Positions 37,987-48,378 of a stretch of 64,000 bases of DNA are shown piece after piece. This stretch comes from a virus. Its lineage: Duplodnaviria > Caudoviricetes. Below the pieces are notes generated by a model. That model did not search any database. It was not told the DNA's origin and saw only the letters and a program-made list of their open reading frames with translations. The stretch lies in the IMG/VR virus record IMGVR_UViG_3300021093_000004; one strand, given 5' to 3'. Position numbers and translations under genes: made by a program. Every line of letters starts with the position of its first letter. Positions within the stretch are counted from its first letter, which is position 1.

Positions 37987-38549
37987 CCGGTCGAACCAAA
38001 ACCACCTTCTCCGCGTTTGGTTTCGCTGACTTTGGCTTCTTTTACGATTGCTTGATAACAGGGTGCTAGTACACCCTGCACGATCCGTTGACCATGTTCG
38101 ATGGTGATTGGTTCAATATTTCGATTAAACACACATGCGAACACTTCACCACGGTAGTCAGAATCAATGATTCCGACTGAGTTTGCGAGCATAAGACCTC
38201 TGGCTCCCATGGATGATCGCATAAAAAGTTGGAGTACAAAGCCGGGGTTGAACTCGCATTTGTACCCAAGGGATATCATTACTGTTTCATTGCATGTCAA
38301 GATCAACTTGGGTTTAGATTGTCCCGGTTCACTACGGTGTGAGACACCTGCGTGTTGTGACGGAGCTTTGGAAACCCGCGATCCGGCGTCGGTGGCATAG
38401 AAATGAGCTTTGTCACCATGTGAGTCTACGTGCATACATGGACGAGTAAGGCACGCTGAAAAATCGATCCCGGCAGAATGTTCTGTCCCGTATGTGGGAG
38501 TGTTTAAATCGTTCTCCGGAAACGGTTCCAATATTAACCACACTGTCAT
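37980..38549 (-). CDS. dut: Trimeric dUTPase with an insertion
   Basis: SAGIDF, RSSMG, GIIDSDYRGE, RIVQ, RGEGGFGSTG. Confidence 0.95.
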   Translation of the reverse strand: MTVWLILEPFPENDLNTPTYGTEHSAGIDFSACLTRPCMHVDSHGDKAHFYATDAGSRVSKAPSQHAGVSHRSEPGQSKPKLILTCNETVMISLGYKCEFNPGFVLQLFMRSSMGARGLMLANSVGIIDSDYRGEVFACVFNRNIEPITIEHGQRIVQGVLAPCYQAIVKEAKVSETKRGEGGFGSTGQ

Positions 38550-38599
38550 ATCACCCTCTTTAGGAGAGCATTTTGATACACATACCATAATTAGGCGAC

Positions 38600-39472
38600 C
38601 TATGATTTTTTACGTACTAGTTCAGCTTCAAGTTGTTCTACCGAGAGTTCGCTGAGCATCACGTCGGCGGTCTTTTCGTATGGCTGCATTCGCATATCAC
38701 TGACTTCGATGATGCCATCAACGACCGTTTCGACGGCTCCGTGAAAAATCGTTGGGTATTTCTCTTTGAGGATCAAATAAATCTGCTCAAAGACGAGCCT
38801 GATTTCCCATTCTGAATGGCGACCGGTCCGTATCATGACCGTATGACGCAGGGTTCGCAAGTTAGTTGAAAACCCGATTTCGTTTGTTTGACCGTTGGGG
38901 GTGATTCTTCGAAGAGCGGATGTGATCTTTTTCTTGGTGGTGAAATCGCTCATTTGGTCCAATTGCATTTTTTGGACCATGCTGGTATACTTCCCTTCGA
39001 GATAATACTGGATCTCTCGGAAATCTTCTCTGACTGCTTCAAGAATAGGATCGAAAACAATATCGATCTCGTCCAGTCGAATATAGCGGCCACTATTCTG
39101 AGAGAATGCGGTGCCGATACGGTGGCGGACCAACTCGTGGGTAAAGACGCGGCTACAGTCGGCGATGAGAAAATTGAATCCGACGTGCTCGAAGATCGAC
39201 CCATGTCCTACGTCGAAGCAACCTTTGAGATTGTCGGAAATGTCGCGGACGCGAGTGATATTAGCGTTTTTGCCGAGCGTGAGGCTCTTGTAGCACAATT
39301 TGGCGAACATGCTACAGAGGATTTCGGCGTTGGAGACACCAGCTTCTCTTGCTTCAATAACTGATTGCCAGAAATCCTCGTTGCCGCTGTCTTTCAGGTA
39401 CCGTTGAATTTCGCTGTCATTGGTTTCTGTATACCCGACCCAATAGACCTTTGGCGTTACAAGTTTACCCAT
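38600..39472 (-). CDS. thyX: FAD-dependent thymidylate synthase
   Basis: GHGSIFEH, THELVRHR...SQNSGRY, NLR...EWEIR. Confidence 0.95.
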   Translation of the reverse strand: MGKLVTPKVYWVGYTETNDSEIQRYLKDSGNEDFWQSVIEAREAGVSNAEILCSMFAKLCYKSLTLGKNANITRVRDISDNLKGCFDVGHGSIFEHVGFNFLIADCSRVFTHELVRHRIGTAFSQNSGRYIRLDEIDIVFDPILEAVREDFREIQYYLEGKYTSMVQKMQLDQMSDFTTKKKITSALRRITPNGQTNEIGFSTNLRTLRHTVMIRTGRHSEWEIRLVFEQIYLILKEKYPTIFHGAVETVVDGIIEVSDMRMQPYEKTADVMLSELSVEQLEAELVRKKS

Positions 39473-39707
39473 TGTCGATGCCGATTACAGTTAGTGTTCG
39501 TGTGTGGTTACTGTCTTGATGAGTGACCTTAATTACGCACGACTCAGATATGCAGTCTAATTCAATGGAGACAAATGTAATGCCTGTGACTTCTTGGTCT
39601 AGGTCACTGTATACCTTGACTGTGTTCTCTGACACCTGCCCCGGATTCATTTTCACTGAGTATGTTCGGGGGCTGGGAAGGTTGTAATCTGTTGCCCATA
39701 TGACCAT
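39465..39707 (-). CDS. Hypothetical protein
   Basis: 80-aa ORF coupled to its neighbours. Confidence 0.55.
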   Translation of the reverse strand: MVIWATDYNLPSPRTYSVKMNPGQVSENTVKVYSDLDQEVTGITFVSIELDCISESCVIKVTHQDSNHTRTLTVIGIDNG

Positions 39708-40203
39708 TTCGGATCAATCTCCTCGCTTCTACGGCAAGTATGTCGCATCGTTCGTTCAATTCATGTCCGGAATGGCCACGAATCCATCGCATCTTTATAC
39801 TCTTTTGAATTCTGACTAGTTCGTCGATCTCTTGCCATAAATCGATGTTTTGGAGTTCGCCTTCTTTCCTTCTCCACCCTTTTTGTTTCCATCCAACCAT
39901 CCAACCGTAATTGCCAAATCGAGGTTCGCCGCCTAGCCATTCTCCGATGCTGTTGACAACATACTTGCTGTCTGAGTAAACTGTAACATCGCAGGGACGT
40001 TTGAGTAATTTAAGAGCTTCGATGACCCCGGTTAGCTCCATACGATTATTGGTAGTTGAGAGATGCCCTCCTGACATTTCTATCTCATGAATTCTATCTG
40101 GTAGCTGATATTGTAATATAGCTCCCCAACCTCCCGGTCCGGGATTCGGCTCGCAGGCCCCATCAGTATAAATCACGACTTCAGAGATAAGAGCATGCCT
40201 CAT
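39604..40203 (-). CDS. rnhA: Ribonuclease HI
   Basis: YTDGACEPNPGPGGWG, TTNNRMEL, SDSKYV, WIRGHSGHELNERCD. Confidence 0.95.
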   Translation of the reverse strand: MRHALISEVVIYTDGACEPNPGPGGWGAILQYQLPDRIHEIEMSGGHLSTTNNRMELTGVIEALKLLKRPCDVTVYSDSKYVVNSIGEWLGGEPRFGNYGWMVGWKQKGWRRKEGELQNIDLWQEIDELVRIQKSIKMRWIRGHSGHELNERCDILAVEARRLIRNGHMGNRLQPSQPPNILSENESGAGVREHSQGIQ

Positions 40204-40218
40204 TTATTCATAACCAAA

Positions 40219-40263
40219 CCACCATGCAAATTTCCACCATGCAAATTTCCACCATGCAAATTT
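40219..40263. repeat. Three perfect 15-bp tandem repeats CCACCATGCAAATTT
   Basis: Seen directly, upstream of rnhA. Confidence 0.95.
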
Positions 40264-40362
40264 AATAAAATACAGGTGGATTCGTGACCAAATGACTTCA
40301 TCGCAAGAAATGATTGATAACACTACTACGGTCTTTCAATCTCGTTAACGGTGTAGATTCTT

Positions 40363-40617
40363 ATGCGTGCAATAGAAGCAATTAATTTAGATGATGGTTA
40401 TTCTAGTATCATTATATTTGATAATAATCAAGTAATTTATGTTGATGGAAACAAAATGTTGACTCCGAGCGGACGTCGGGTTAGTTTTCATCTCACATTT
40501 AGTGATAATTTTAAAATTAGACAAGCCCATCCTAATGATATTGCTAAGATACCTGATAATATTATGACGGCGTTCGGTTGGGATGAAAGATTTGGAGCTA
40601 TAGATCAGAACATCTAA
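40363..40617 (+). CDS. Hypothetical protein
   Basis: 84-aa AT-rich ORF. Confidence 0.55.
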   Translation: MRAIEAINLDDGYSSIIIFDNNQVIYVDGNKMLTPSGRRVSFHLTFSDNFKIRQAHPNDIAKIPDNIMTAFGWDERFGAIDQNI

Positions 40618-40732
40618 TCTTTATTGATGTCGTTAGAAGTCGTTATCCATACCGATAGATATGCTATTGTACGACTTCAGAGATAAGTCTACTCACAATA
40701 TTCTCCCAGTGCTCTTCTGGTAAAAATACGTT

Positions 40733-41212
40733 ATGAAATTGAGAACAATATCAGAAAACAGCAACCGATCGGACCATGATATTGCCGGTTTTGAATTGGC
40801 TTTTGTTGGACCTAAAAGTCCAAAGTCATCTAGGAAACTTGGCGCATATTTGCTACCGCATAATCTGGCAACCATCAACTGGGAATTAATTGATAATTTA
40901 GAATACTTTGAACGTTGCGTTGTTTACGACTTAACGCACGATCAAATAGCAATACCAGAAATACAATTATTAAAGAATGAATTTGTGAAACAAAGGGTTG
41001 ATTCAGCGGAATTAATTATAGAATATAAAATCGATTTTATAGATGAAATACAGAATCCTCATTGGAAAGGCTCTGTTGTCCCTGGCGTAAAGCATTCTGT
41101 TTCTAGTAGACAATCTAATTATTATAATTCATATTTACTTATAAACGGAAAAAAATTAAGGATTCCTAGCGAATATGGTTATGCTATTTTCTTAAAACAC
41201 TTAGATAATTAA
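40733..41212 (+). CDS. Hypothetical protein
   Basis: 159-aa AT-rich ORF. Confidence 0.65.
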   Translation: MKLRTISENSNRSDHDIAGFELAFVGPKSPKSSRKLGAYLLPHNLATINWELIDNLEYFERCVVYDLTHDQIAIPEIQLLKNEFVKQRVDSAELIIEYKIDFIDEIQNPHWKGSVVPGVKHSVSSRQSNYYNSYLLINGKKLRIPSEYGYAIFLKHLDN

Positions 41213-41491
41213 TCATTGTTGACGATATACATCATCTATCAGTTCTGTACATGCGGCTTTTGGTTTAGGGGGAACGTTCTCTGCGATTTTTACTATTTCG
41301 CAAAGCACGCCCTTTTTATCTGTCCAAGTTCCGATAATAGCAATTAGCCCATCTCCGACCTCAACTGTAATTGAAAGTGATTCCGCTTTCTAAGCTACTT
41401 CGTCATCAACTTCCAAATACAGATGTCGAGTGATCAGATTCTTTCTAAGTTTACGTGAGATTTCTTGTTGGGTTACTGTGATGTATGGCAT
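41213..41491 (-). pseudogene. Hypothetical gene with in-frame TAG at 41390-41392
   Basis: ATG abuts the upstream TAA; MPYITV...DDEVA*KAESLSITVEVG...YRQQ, 93 codons. Confidence 0.6.
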
Positions 41492-41953
41492 TTAAGACTC
41501 CATTCTTTGATATTCACGCATTATGTCGGCCTGAACTTCAAGATCACGTTCGCAGCGACGTATACGTTCGACTGGCCCGGCTGTTGAATCGTTGACGAAT
41601 TTATCGTGATGGATGAGTTTCGTGAATAATTCGATGGCCAAATACAATTTATCAATCGATCGTGGGTCGAATATATCAAAATGCTTAGTAGTGAATGATC
41701 CACGAGTATATTGAACTCTCCATCGCCAACCCAATGGTGCCAAGACCGTTGAGCATTCAATTCGCCCGTTCACAACGCACAGGACAATGGTATACTCTGT
41801 GGATATTCTGATATTACATTCTGATCTTAAATTAGGATTATATGCTTCTTGCTTTGTCACCGGGCTGAGGCGTACATTGTAGCCTTTTTCACGAAGATCC
41901 TGAGCGATACTGCTCAATATTAGATAATTTCCATTTTCCTGTTCTTGTACCAT
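41492..41953 (-). CDS. Hypothetical protein
   Basis: ORF 41492-42016; probable start MVQEQ. Confidence 0.6.
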   Translation of the reverse strand: MVQEQENGNYLILSSIAQDLREKGYNVRLSPVTKQEAYNPNLRSECNIRISTEYTIVLCVVNGRIECSTVLAPLGWRWRVQYTRGSFTTKHFDIFDPRSIDKLYLAIELFTKLIHHDKFVNDSTAGPVERIRRCERDLEVQADIMREYQRMES

Positions 41954-42240
41954 TCTTCGATGACTCGTTTCAACTCTTCGGGAGACACCAATTGCTTGTC
42001 TCCACACAATTGGCATGTTGGCTTTAAATTGCCAGTTAATAGACCTAAACGATACGATTTCGCTTCTGCGTTGTTTAATACTTCGTCGAGAGACTTGTCA
42101 TTTATTGATCCGACTGGTGTGGGGTAGCAGCAGAGATGAACTTCACCACTGGCTCGAATAAAGGCTTTGGCCCATGGGTCGATACACAACCGGGTTTGGC
42201 CTTCTTGCGGTTTTTGTGAATAGATGCGTAGTGCAGTCAT
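41920..42240 (-). CDS. Stand-alone SPASM (Fe-S) domain protein
   Basis: CIDPW...SGEVHLCC...VGSINDKSLDEV...CQLC. Confidence 0.8.
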   Translation of the reverse strand: MTALRIYSQKPQEGQTRLCIDPWAKAFIRASGEVHLCCYPTPVGSINDKSLDEVLNNAEAKSYRLGLLTGNLKPTCQLCGDKQLVSPEELKRVIEEWYKNRKMEII

Positions 42241-43031
42241 GATACGTGTACCGGAATGGCCCAGTGAGCTTGCCCTGTTTGAATCTTATGATTCAAACTA
42301 TCTAGAATTCCTTGTTTAATATCGCAAACAATTCCATTTTGAAGACAGTGTGCTTCAATTTCAGTGAATATTTCTAACGCCCGTTTGCAATCATCGACGG
42401 GCATTTCAGCCACATGTTGAACTTCCAATGCTCCCTTCGGTGTCGGTCCGACCCCAAGGTTACAAAAGGTCATCGCATGGATACCAAGTCCAATTCCACA
42501 ATGGACCAAATCAAGTAGGCCCATCATGCTTTTGTCACAAACCACAATGCTCCATGAGATCTTTGGATCTCTGCCCATCACTCTCGCCCGCGTCGCCACA
42601 CGAATGAGATTGTATAGCACGTTTCGAATATCCCCTCCACGGCGTAGCTTACTGAATAGTTCGACATCGATGGTATCCAAACTGACAGTCACGCCTGTCA
42701 TGCGGCTAAGAAAGTCAATCTCGCGATCATCGTATGTCTTTGAGAGGTTTGTGCAGATTGAGACTCCGATACCAGCGTCGAATAGTTTATCAGCATAATC
42801 ACACCAACCGTCGATCATGGTGGTTTCACCGTGACCATGAATATGGACTACGAACGGTTCTAGTGCTTTGATCTCATCGATAAGTCGATGGGCCAATCCG
42901 GAATTCAGTGTAAGAAACTGCCATGACGGTTGGCTAACAAGACAGTATGAACATCTCATGTTACAATCGGTCGTTATCTCGATCATAACGTGATATAAGT
43001 TCTTAACTTCCAGCATTTCGTCTATGTTCAT
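42237..43031 (-). CDS. Radical SAM protein
   Basis: EITTDCNMRCSYC, GHGETT, VSLDT. Confidence 0.9.
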   Translation of the reverse strand: MNIDEMLEVKNLYHVMIEITTDCNMRCSYCLVSQPSWQFLTLNSGLAHRLIDEIKALEPFVVHIHGHGETTMIDGWCDYADKLFDAGIGVSICTNLSKTYDDREIDFLSRMTGVTVSLDTIDVELFSKLRRGGDIRNVLYNLIRVATRARVMGRDPKISWSIVVCDKSMMGLLDLVHCGIGLGIHAMTFCNLGVGPTPKGALEVQHVAEMPVDDCKRALEIFTEIEAHCLQNGIVCDIKQGILDSLNHKIQTGQAHWAIPVHVS

Positions 43032-44095
43032 GATCGTGAAACCATTGTCCCAGGAAAGATCTGGTTTTTGGCAATATAGGCTCTAACTGTTTCGATTTGA
43101 TTCATTTGCTGCGGGGGCAGGACCGATGAATCAAAGGCACCGCAAGCCGTGATAACGAAATCAAGCTCGTCGATACCTAATTCCTTGGCTATTCGTTGAG
43201 CTTCATTCAGTTGTTCAATCGATTCTGTTGTGTTGAACAGAATATATTTCCAGCGGATCGTGCATTTCGCTCCGAGTTGTCGTTTGCGGCTTGCGGCGAC
43301 GCCCATAAACGCGACCGCTTTGTCCCAATTGCCTTTGCGTCGGTATGTTGCATACGCTTCTTTTGATGAGCCGTCGATAGAGCAATTTAATCTGTCGAAT
43401 AACAAGTATGCGTCATTGAATTCTTGATTGGCATTGGTATCCATTGATTGGGCTATAAAATGCTCATGTGCGTACCGGATCATATCCGGCAGCGATTTGT
43501 TTAGAGTTGGCTCACCTTTGCCACAATATTGGATTCGCTTAATTTCGACACTGTGCTTCTTCGCACAATCGAGCATATGTCTAAACCATTCGACAGGAAA
43601 CAAATATGGCGGTTTTTCAGTCGTGAGGGAAGATTTATGGATTCCGTGGACACAACCGGGGCATCGAAGGCTGCATGGAAACGATGGCTCTAACTGGATT
43701 TCGCTGATTTTGTCTATGCTGCCCAAAGCCCAATCGCGTGACACGCTGGTCTTCTTCAGTGATTTGTAGGCCGCACTCGATTGATGTTGAACATTATTGG
43801 CTGGTTCTGAATCTTTATATCGTTGAAAACGCCGTTCCCCGGCAGTAAGCAGGCAACAACAACCGGCACATTCAGGGATATAATATTGACTTGATTCTAG
43901 AACATCAAGCCGCATTTTCCTCATTTCTTCCGAATTAACAATGTCTGTGATAAAATCGGAATTGATGAAATCTTGTTGGACTACAGTATGTGTCTCACCT
44001 CCGTCACACCAGCATGGGACGCGACCATTTGCTTTGACATAAACTCGATTCCACGCCCAACAATGGAGTCGATGTTCAAGGATTGGTAATAGCAT
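43028..44095 (-). CDS. Radical SAM protein with N-terminal SPASM-like domain
   Basis: CWAWNRVYVKANGRVPCWCD...CAGC precedes EPSFPCSLRCPGC, GKGEPTL, SIDG. Confidence 0.85.
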   Translation of the reverse strand: MLLPILEHRLHCWAWNRVYVKANGRVPCWCDGGETHTVVQQDFINSDFITDIVNSEEMRKMRLDVLESSQYYIPECAGCCCLLTAGERRFQRYKDSEPANNVQHQSSAAYKSLKKTSVSRDWALGSIDKISEIQLEPSFPCSLRCPGCVHGIHKSSLTTEKPPYLFPVEWFRHMLDCAKKHSVEIKRIQYCGKGEPTLNKSLPDMIRYAHEHFIAQSMDTNANQEFNDAYLLFDRLNCSIDGSSKEAYATYRRKGNWDKAVAFMGVAASRKRQLGAKCTIRWKYILFNTTESIEQLNEAQRIAKELGIDELDFVITACGAFDSSVLPPQQMNQIETVRAYIAKNQIFPGTMVSRS

Positions 44096-45053
44096 AGCAC
44101 CTCTGTAGTTCGTCCCATATCGTACTACAGAAACGATCCCATGTGTAATGAGTTTCGATCTTTTTTCTAGCCACAATCGAGCGTGCTCGCAAGACATCAG
44201 ACGGCACGTGCAGCAAGTCAGTGATAATTTTGACAGTTTCATCTACGCTGTTGAGCGTCAATGAAGTGAACATGGAATCGTTATAATATCCAGATTGTGG
44301 AGTGCATGCTGGGATGAGACCCCAAGCAGTTGACTCTAACAACGTTGTGGGGTTAGCATCTGAGATACTGGTATTGATAAAAATATCGCATTCATTCACG
44401 ATCGTCTGTGCCAAGGTTCGGTCTAATACGACCCACCCAACTGTTTTTACATTAGGCAGCCTGGCTAGCGGTGATTCGCCATCGCCCCCATACCAGTGTA
44501 GTTGCACTGTCGGTAATCGCTTCATTACTTCATACATGAACCCAAGATTCTTCTGTGGCATATTGCTGCCGATATAGACCAATCTCCGATGTCCCACTTC
44601 GTTGAAATGCGTCTTAAGATATGGATAAATATTAGTATCAACAGCCATATCGACCCGCGTGATCTTCGGCTTCCAATGGACGAACGGTGTTCGTTCGATG
44701 GTGTCGTACCAGTATGGGCCGCAAATTGAAAACACTTTATCAGCCGCTTGCGTTAGATGATCAAACGGCATATTATCTTGGACGCGGACTGTATGCAGTG
44801 GATGAATTGTGCATCTTAAACGGCATTTCTTGCCCGAAGCGAAGAATCGCTGCACTGTGGTGCTTGGATCGTAATGGGGGTGTCCAATGAAAATGTCGTC
44901 TGGTTCCACATCGACATCGACATGGCTGTCCCATGTGTAGTATTGCACGTCTGCTCGTGCTTTCATGTAATAATATAGATGATGTGTAATTGAATATGGA
45001 GATTGAATTCGTGGATCATCTGGCGATCCGGCATAAACAAAATGAACTCTCAT
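44076..45053 (-). CDS. GT-B (GT4-like) glycosyltransferase
   Basis: CDIFINTSISDANPTTLLESTAWG. Confidence 0.8.
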   Translation of the reverse strand: MRVHFVYAGSPDDPRIQSPYSITHHLYYYMKARADVQYYTWDSHVDVDVEPDDIFIGHPHYDPSTTVQRFFASGKKCRLRCTIHPLHTVRVQDNMPFDHLTQAADKVFSICGPYWYDTIERTPFVHWKPKITRVDMAVDTNIYPYLKTHFNEVGHRRLVYIGSNMPQKNLGFMYEVMKRLPTVQLHWYGGDGESPLARLPNVKTVGWVVLDRTLAQTIVNECDIFINTSISDANPTTLLESTAWGLIPACTPQSGYYNDSMFTSLTLNSVDETVKIITDLLHVPSDVLRARSIVARKKIETHYTWDRFCSTIWDELQRCYAITNP

Positions 45054-45197
45054 GGTTGCTTCTCGATTGGGCAGTGTTCTGGGTACGGCCTTATTGCGTG
45101 TCTGATGAATCGTTAGCCACGCATCACAGATACGATATTGAATCCGAATTTTCTCAAAATCGGATTCAATAAGATTTTAGGATGGTACGATGATTTT

Positions 45198-46217
45198 TCA
45201 TGCCTGATGCTCCTTCAGCATGTTGATATATGCATCTATGTTGTCATCATGCCAAAAGATCTTTCCTGTTGCCCTGATTGGAGCACTTGTCACTGCTGGG
45301 CTGTTGGTGACTTCGAACCATCTGATGTCTTTTTTGCACCAATTAGTGTTACAAGCATTGGATAGACCGCTCGAAACACTGAAGAATGCCTGACAATGAT
45401 TGAACAATTCGGCGCATTCTCTGAGTGTCAGATTACCGACAAAAAAGACATTATCAGGAGCTAGTCGCTTTAGTTCTTGCACGTCGTAATTGTCATTCTT
45501 ACGACTAATGAACAAGTTAGTAGCTCCGTCGAGCAGATGCTTAGCAACCCGCATTGTCCATTCTGGCGTCCAAAAGCTTTGCCCAGACTCTCCGTGCACT
45601 TCCATTAGGATATTTCGGCAATTGGCCATGTTTGGAATGCGACTTCTAAAATCTCTCACCTTCGCGATTTCTTCTTGGGTTAACTTCAATATTGATTCGA
45701 TTGGCCATTCATATGGGATGTTGGCGTGTTCTAGTGCCCGCATCCACGCACAGATTAGATTATCGCCTAATTCTGGGTGCTTCAGGCTGTTCCAATTTCC
45801 GTGGTTAAACATCGGATGTGGCGAAAATGTTTGATCATATCCTCTTCCGACTAGATGGTCTGGAATCACCAATGCGAGGTGCAGAGCCGTGTCTTTGGTG
45901 TCGGCTGGATATTGAATCACATTTGTAATATGTGGGTTGTTATGAAATGCCGAACCATATAATGTAGATGTGTGAACATCAATAATACAATCTGGATATG
46001 CCTGTTTGATAGGTCGAAGCATCAATGTACTATTGATATTGTCTCCCCACGACCCGGTTTGAATAATCGCGATCTTTGATCGTTTTTCCGATGCGGAATA
46101 TATCGGAACCACCTGTGAAACGGTTGACTTAGGAAGAATTACTTTTTTCTTGCCAATCGATTTCTGAATGATCGGTTGTCGTTTGTTTGATACCGTTGGA
46201 TTAGTCTGGTGTCGCAA
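45198..46217 (-). CDS. GT9 (heptosyltransferase-like) glycosyltransferase
   Basis: GSWGDNINSTLMLRPIKQAYPDCIIDV, SVSSGL. Confidence 0.7.
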   Translation of the reverse strand: MRHQTNPTVSNKRQPIIQKSIGKKKVILPKSTVSQVVPIYSASEKRSKIAIIQTGSWGDNINSTLMLRPIKQAYPDCIIDVHTSTLYGSAFHNNPHITNVIQYPADTKDTALHLALVIPDHLVGRGYDQTFSPHPMFNHGNWNSLKHPELGDNLICAWMRALEHANIPYEWPIESILKLTQEEIAKVRDFRSRIPNMANCRNILMEVHGESGQSFWTPEWTMRVAKHLLDGATNLFISRKNDNYDVQELKRLAPDNVFFVGNLTLRECAELFNHCQAFFSVSSGLSNACNTNWCKKDIRWFEVTNSPAVTSAPIRATGKIFWHDDNIDAYINMLKEHQA

Positions 46218-46932
46218 GGTCGATATCTCTCAATAGTTGTCCGGTTGATGGATCGTGTCTACGTTCTAATGATTCGGCAGAAAGGTAATATAATGCCAAA
46301 TCATCAGAAATAAGCCCAAATTGTTCTCCGCCAGCATGAAATTTTTCCCACAATCTGGCATCGCCAATCACACGATAATTACCAAAGTACCCATATTTTT
46401 TATGCAATTCTCGCCTCCATATCGGGCACGGTCCGGCAGTCGATAGTGGATATGGATGGGCCGGGATTTTGTCGTGCGGTGTCCAATCAGGCCAAAGCTG
46501 ATTCGGAGTGTGTGTCATGAGGATTCCGGTTGACACAATTCCTACATCGGGATGCTGGTCGAGATAGTCACAGCATCTTTCAAGATATGTCGGATGCCAT
46601 TGATCGTCGGCGTTATAATTGGTAATATATCGCGATTTTGTCCGCTTGATACCAACGTTCCAACTTGGATATAGTAAGATAGGCTCGTCGAATACTATGT
46701 TGATGACGTTTGAGCGTTCAGCCGCAAATGCGTCGCACAACGCAGATTCATTCTCATGATTTTGGCAATTCAGGAAAACCACTAATGAATCGTCGATTAT
46801 CGTTTGCAGTTTAAGCGATTCAATCTTGGATTTTATGAATTTCCCAGATTTGTAGAGAGCGACTAATACTACGACTCTAGGCTCTTTTTCAATTCTTGAT
46901 GATTGTGAACCCATACGATATCCTTGTGCCAT
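46201..46932 (-). CDS. GT2 glycosyltransferase
   Basis: VLVALYKS, WNVGIK, YNADDQW, GDARLW. Confidence 0.85.
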   Translation of the reverse strand: MAQGYRMGSQSSRIEKEPRVVVLVALYKSGKFIKSKIESLKLQTIIDDSLVVFLNCQNHENESALCDAFAAERSNVINIVFDEPILLYPSWNVGIKRTKSRYITNYNADDQWHPTYLERCCDYLDQHPDVGIVSTGILMTHTPNQLWPDWTPHDKIPAHPYPLSTAGPCPIWRRELHKKYGYFGNYRVIGDARLWEKFHAGGEQFGLISDDLALYYLSAESLERRHDPSTGQLLRDIDLATPD

Positions 46933-47679
46933 TGCACTTGAGCCAGTCTATATTCATATTTGTAAAGATCATCCACCCACAAACATATGACCTTCTTTGC
47001 CTGATATTCGTTTGGCAGTGCGAGGTTTGCACAGAAGAATCCAGACCCGACTGAGAAGAATATACTACAGTGGCGTAATAGCATTATTATTTGTCTGCGG
47101 GTATACCTTAAAAGATCATCTACATTCGGATGATTTGGGGCACCCTGGTTGCTAAGCCACAGAATTTTATGGGTGCAGGCGAATCTATCAACAATCATTT
47201 GAATTGCTTCTTGGTCAGCCCAACTCTGAGCAGATTTTGCTACGCATTCTACGGCGATGGTTGGATGTCCATTCAATAATTGCCCATAATCATGCCCAAA
47301 TCGCAATTCGTCTTGTGTTGGCAAGAACATTGGCCTCTGTTCGAAATCCGGTAGCCCTAGTTCTCGTCCAACACATAGTGCTGTGTCGATCAGTGAATGG
47401 TTTTGATCATGTTGCTGGTAGGCAGGAAATTTTGCATTTTGAGTGATCTGATAAATATGCCGATATTTCAGTCTTTCCAGTGCTTCCAGCCCGTGATACA
47501 TGCTCGGAATGTGGATAATTTCGCCGATCCACGGAACGTTAATAAATGCGTCTGCACAGTGCGGTGTTACAGCAACAGTGACTTCGCGTCCATGCTTTTC
47601 ACTTATTGACTTGATGAGTGGAACATTGAATAGGCAATCACCGAAGCCATGAGATGATTCAACACCAACAACATTCATA
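46869..47679 (-). CDS. GT9-like glycosyltransferase
   Basis: HGFGDCLFNVPLIKSI, SVGSGF; probable start MNVVGVE. Confidence 0.65.
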
Positions 47680-47697
47680 CGTGCTCCTCTTTTGATT

Positions 47698-48378
47698 TTA
47701 GTTAGCATGTGCTTCTCTGCGTAGGAATGTTTTGAGATGTGTTATACTGTGAAATCCGAACGATGTTTCTAATTTATCATGATCGTCCCACGCGGTTTCA
47801 ATTGCAAATCGCTTTCCGATATCAAGCTTGGGAAATTTAAACCCTTTGCTAAGAAAATATTGGCGATATATTAAAGAAATGGTTACATCTTCGTTTATTT
47901 TCTTGTCGATTTGCAGATCGGAACATTCCTGTAATAATTTAAAACTTCTCAGAGAGAATCCGCCATTACCAACGATCCCATTCTCTCTACATGGATAACC
48001 TCTTAACCATCCATCAAGAGGCCAAGGAGCACCAATATAATCATAGTCCAAAAATTCATTACTCCATAGGTGTGGGTTGGCTATACATCCGTCCCACTGA
48101 AACAGCAAGCAAAATTTCGAGTCGATATGCTTATGTAACTCTTTGATACAGAAATTATTATAATCTTGGAGTGAGCCAATTGGATCTATACTAATGAATT
48201 GTACTAGGTCGTGCCGAATATGATTTTGCGGCGGGGTCAATATTACGATTTTATGAAACTTGAAATAGCGTGCCGCAAATTCAGCGTGACGGATGAGCAT
48301 TTTAATTGCAAATTCACTGATCCGACCATCAATACCACAATAAGTTATGTCTGGCAAATAGGTTGTGTGGTTTAGCAT
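47698..48378 (-). CDS. DUF5672-like glycosyltransferase-associated protein
   Basis: QWDG...DYDYIGAPW, VGNGGFSLRS, NED. Confidence 0.8.
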   Translation of the reverse strand: MLNHTTYLPDITYCGIDGRISEFAIKMLIRHAEFAARYFKFHKIVILTPPQNHIRHDLVQFISIDPIGSLQDYNNFCIKELHKHIDSKFCLLFQWDGCIANPHLWSNEFLDYDYIGAPWPLDGWLRGYPCRENGIVGNGGFSLRSFKLLQECSDLQIDKKINEDVTISLIYRQYFLSKGFKFPKLDIGKRFAIETAWDDHDKLETSFGFHSITHLKTFLRREAHAN

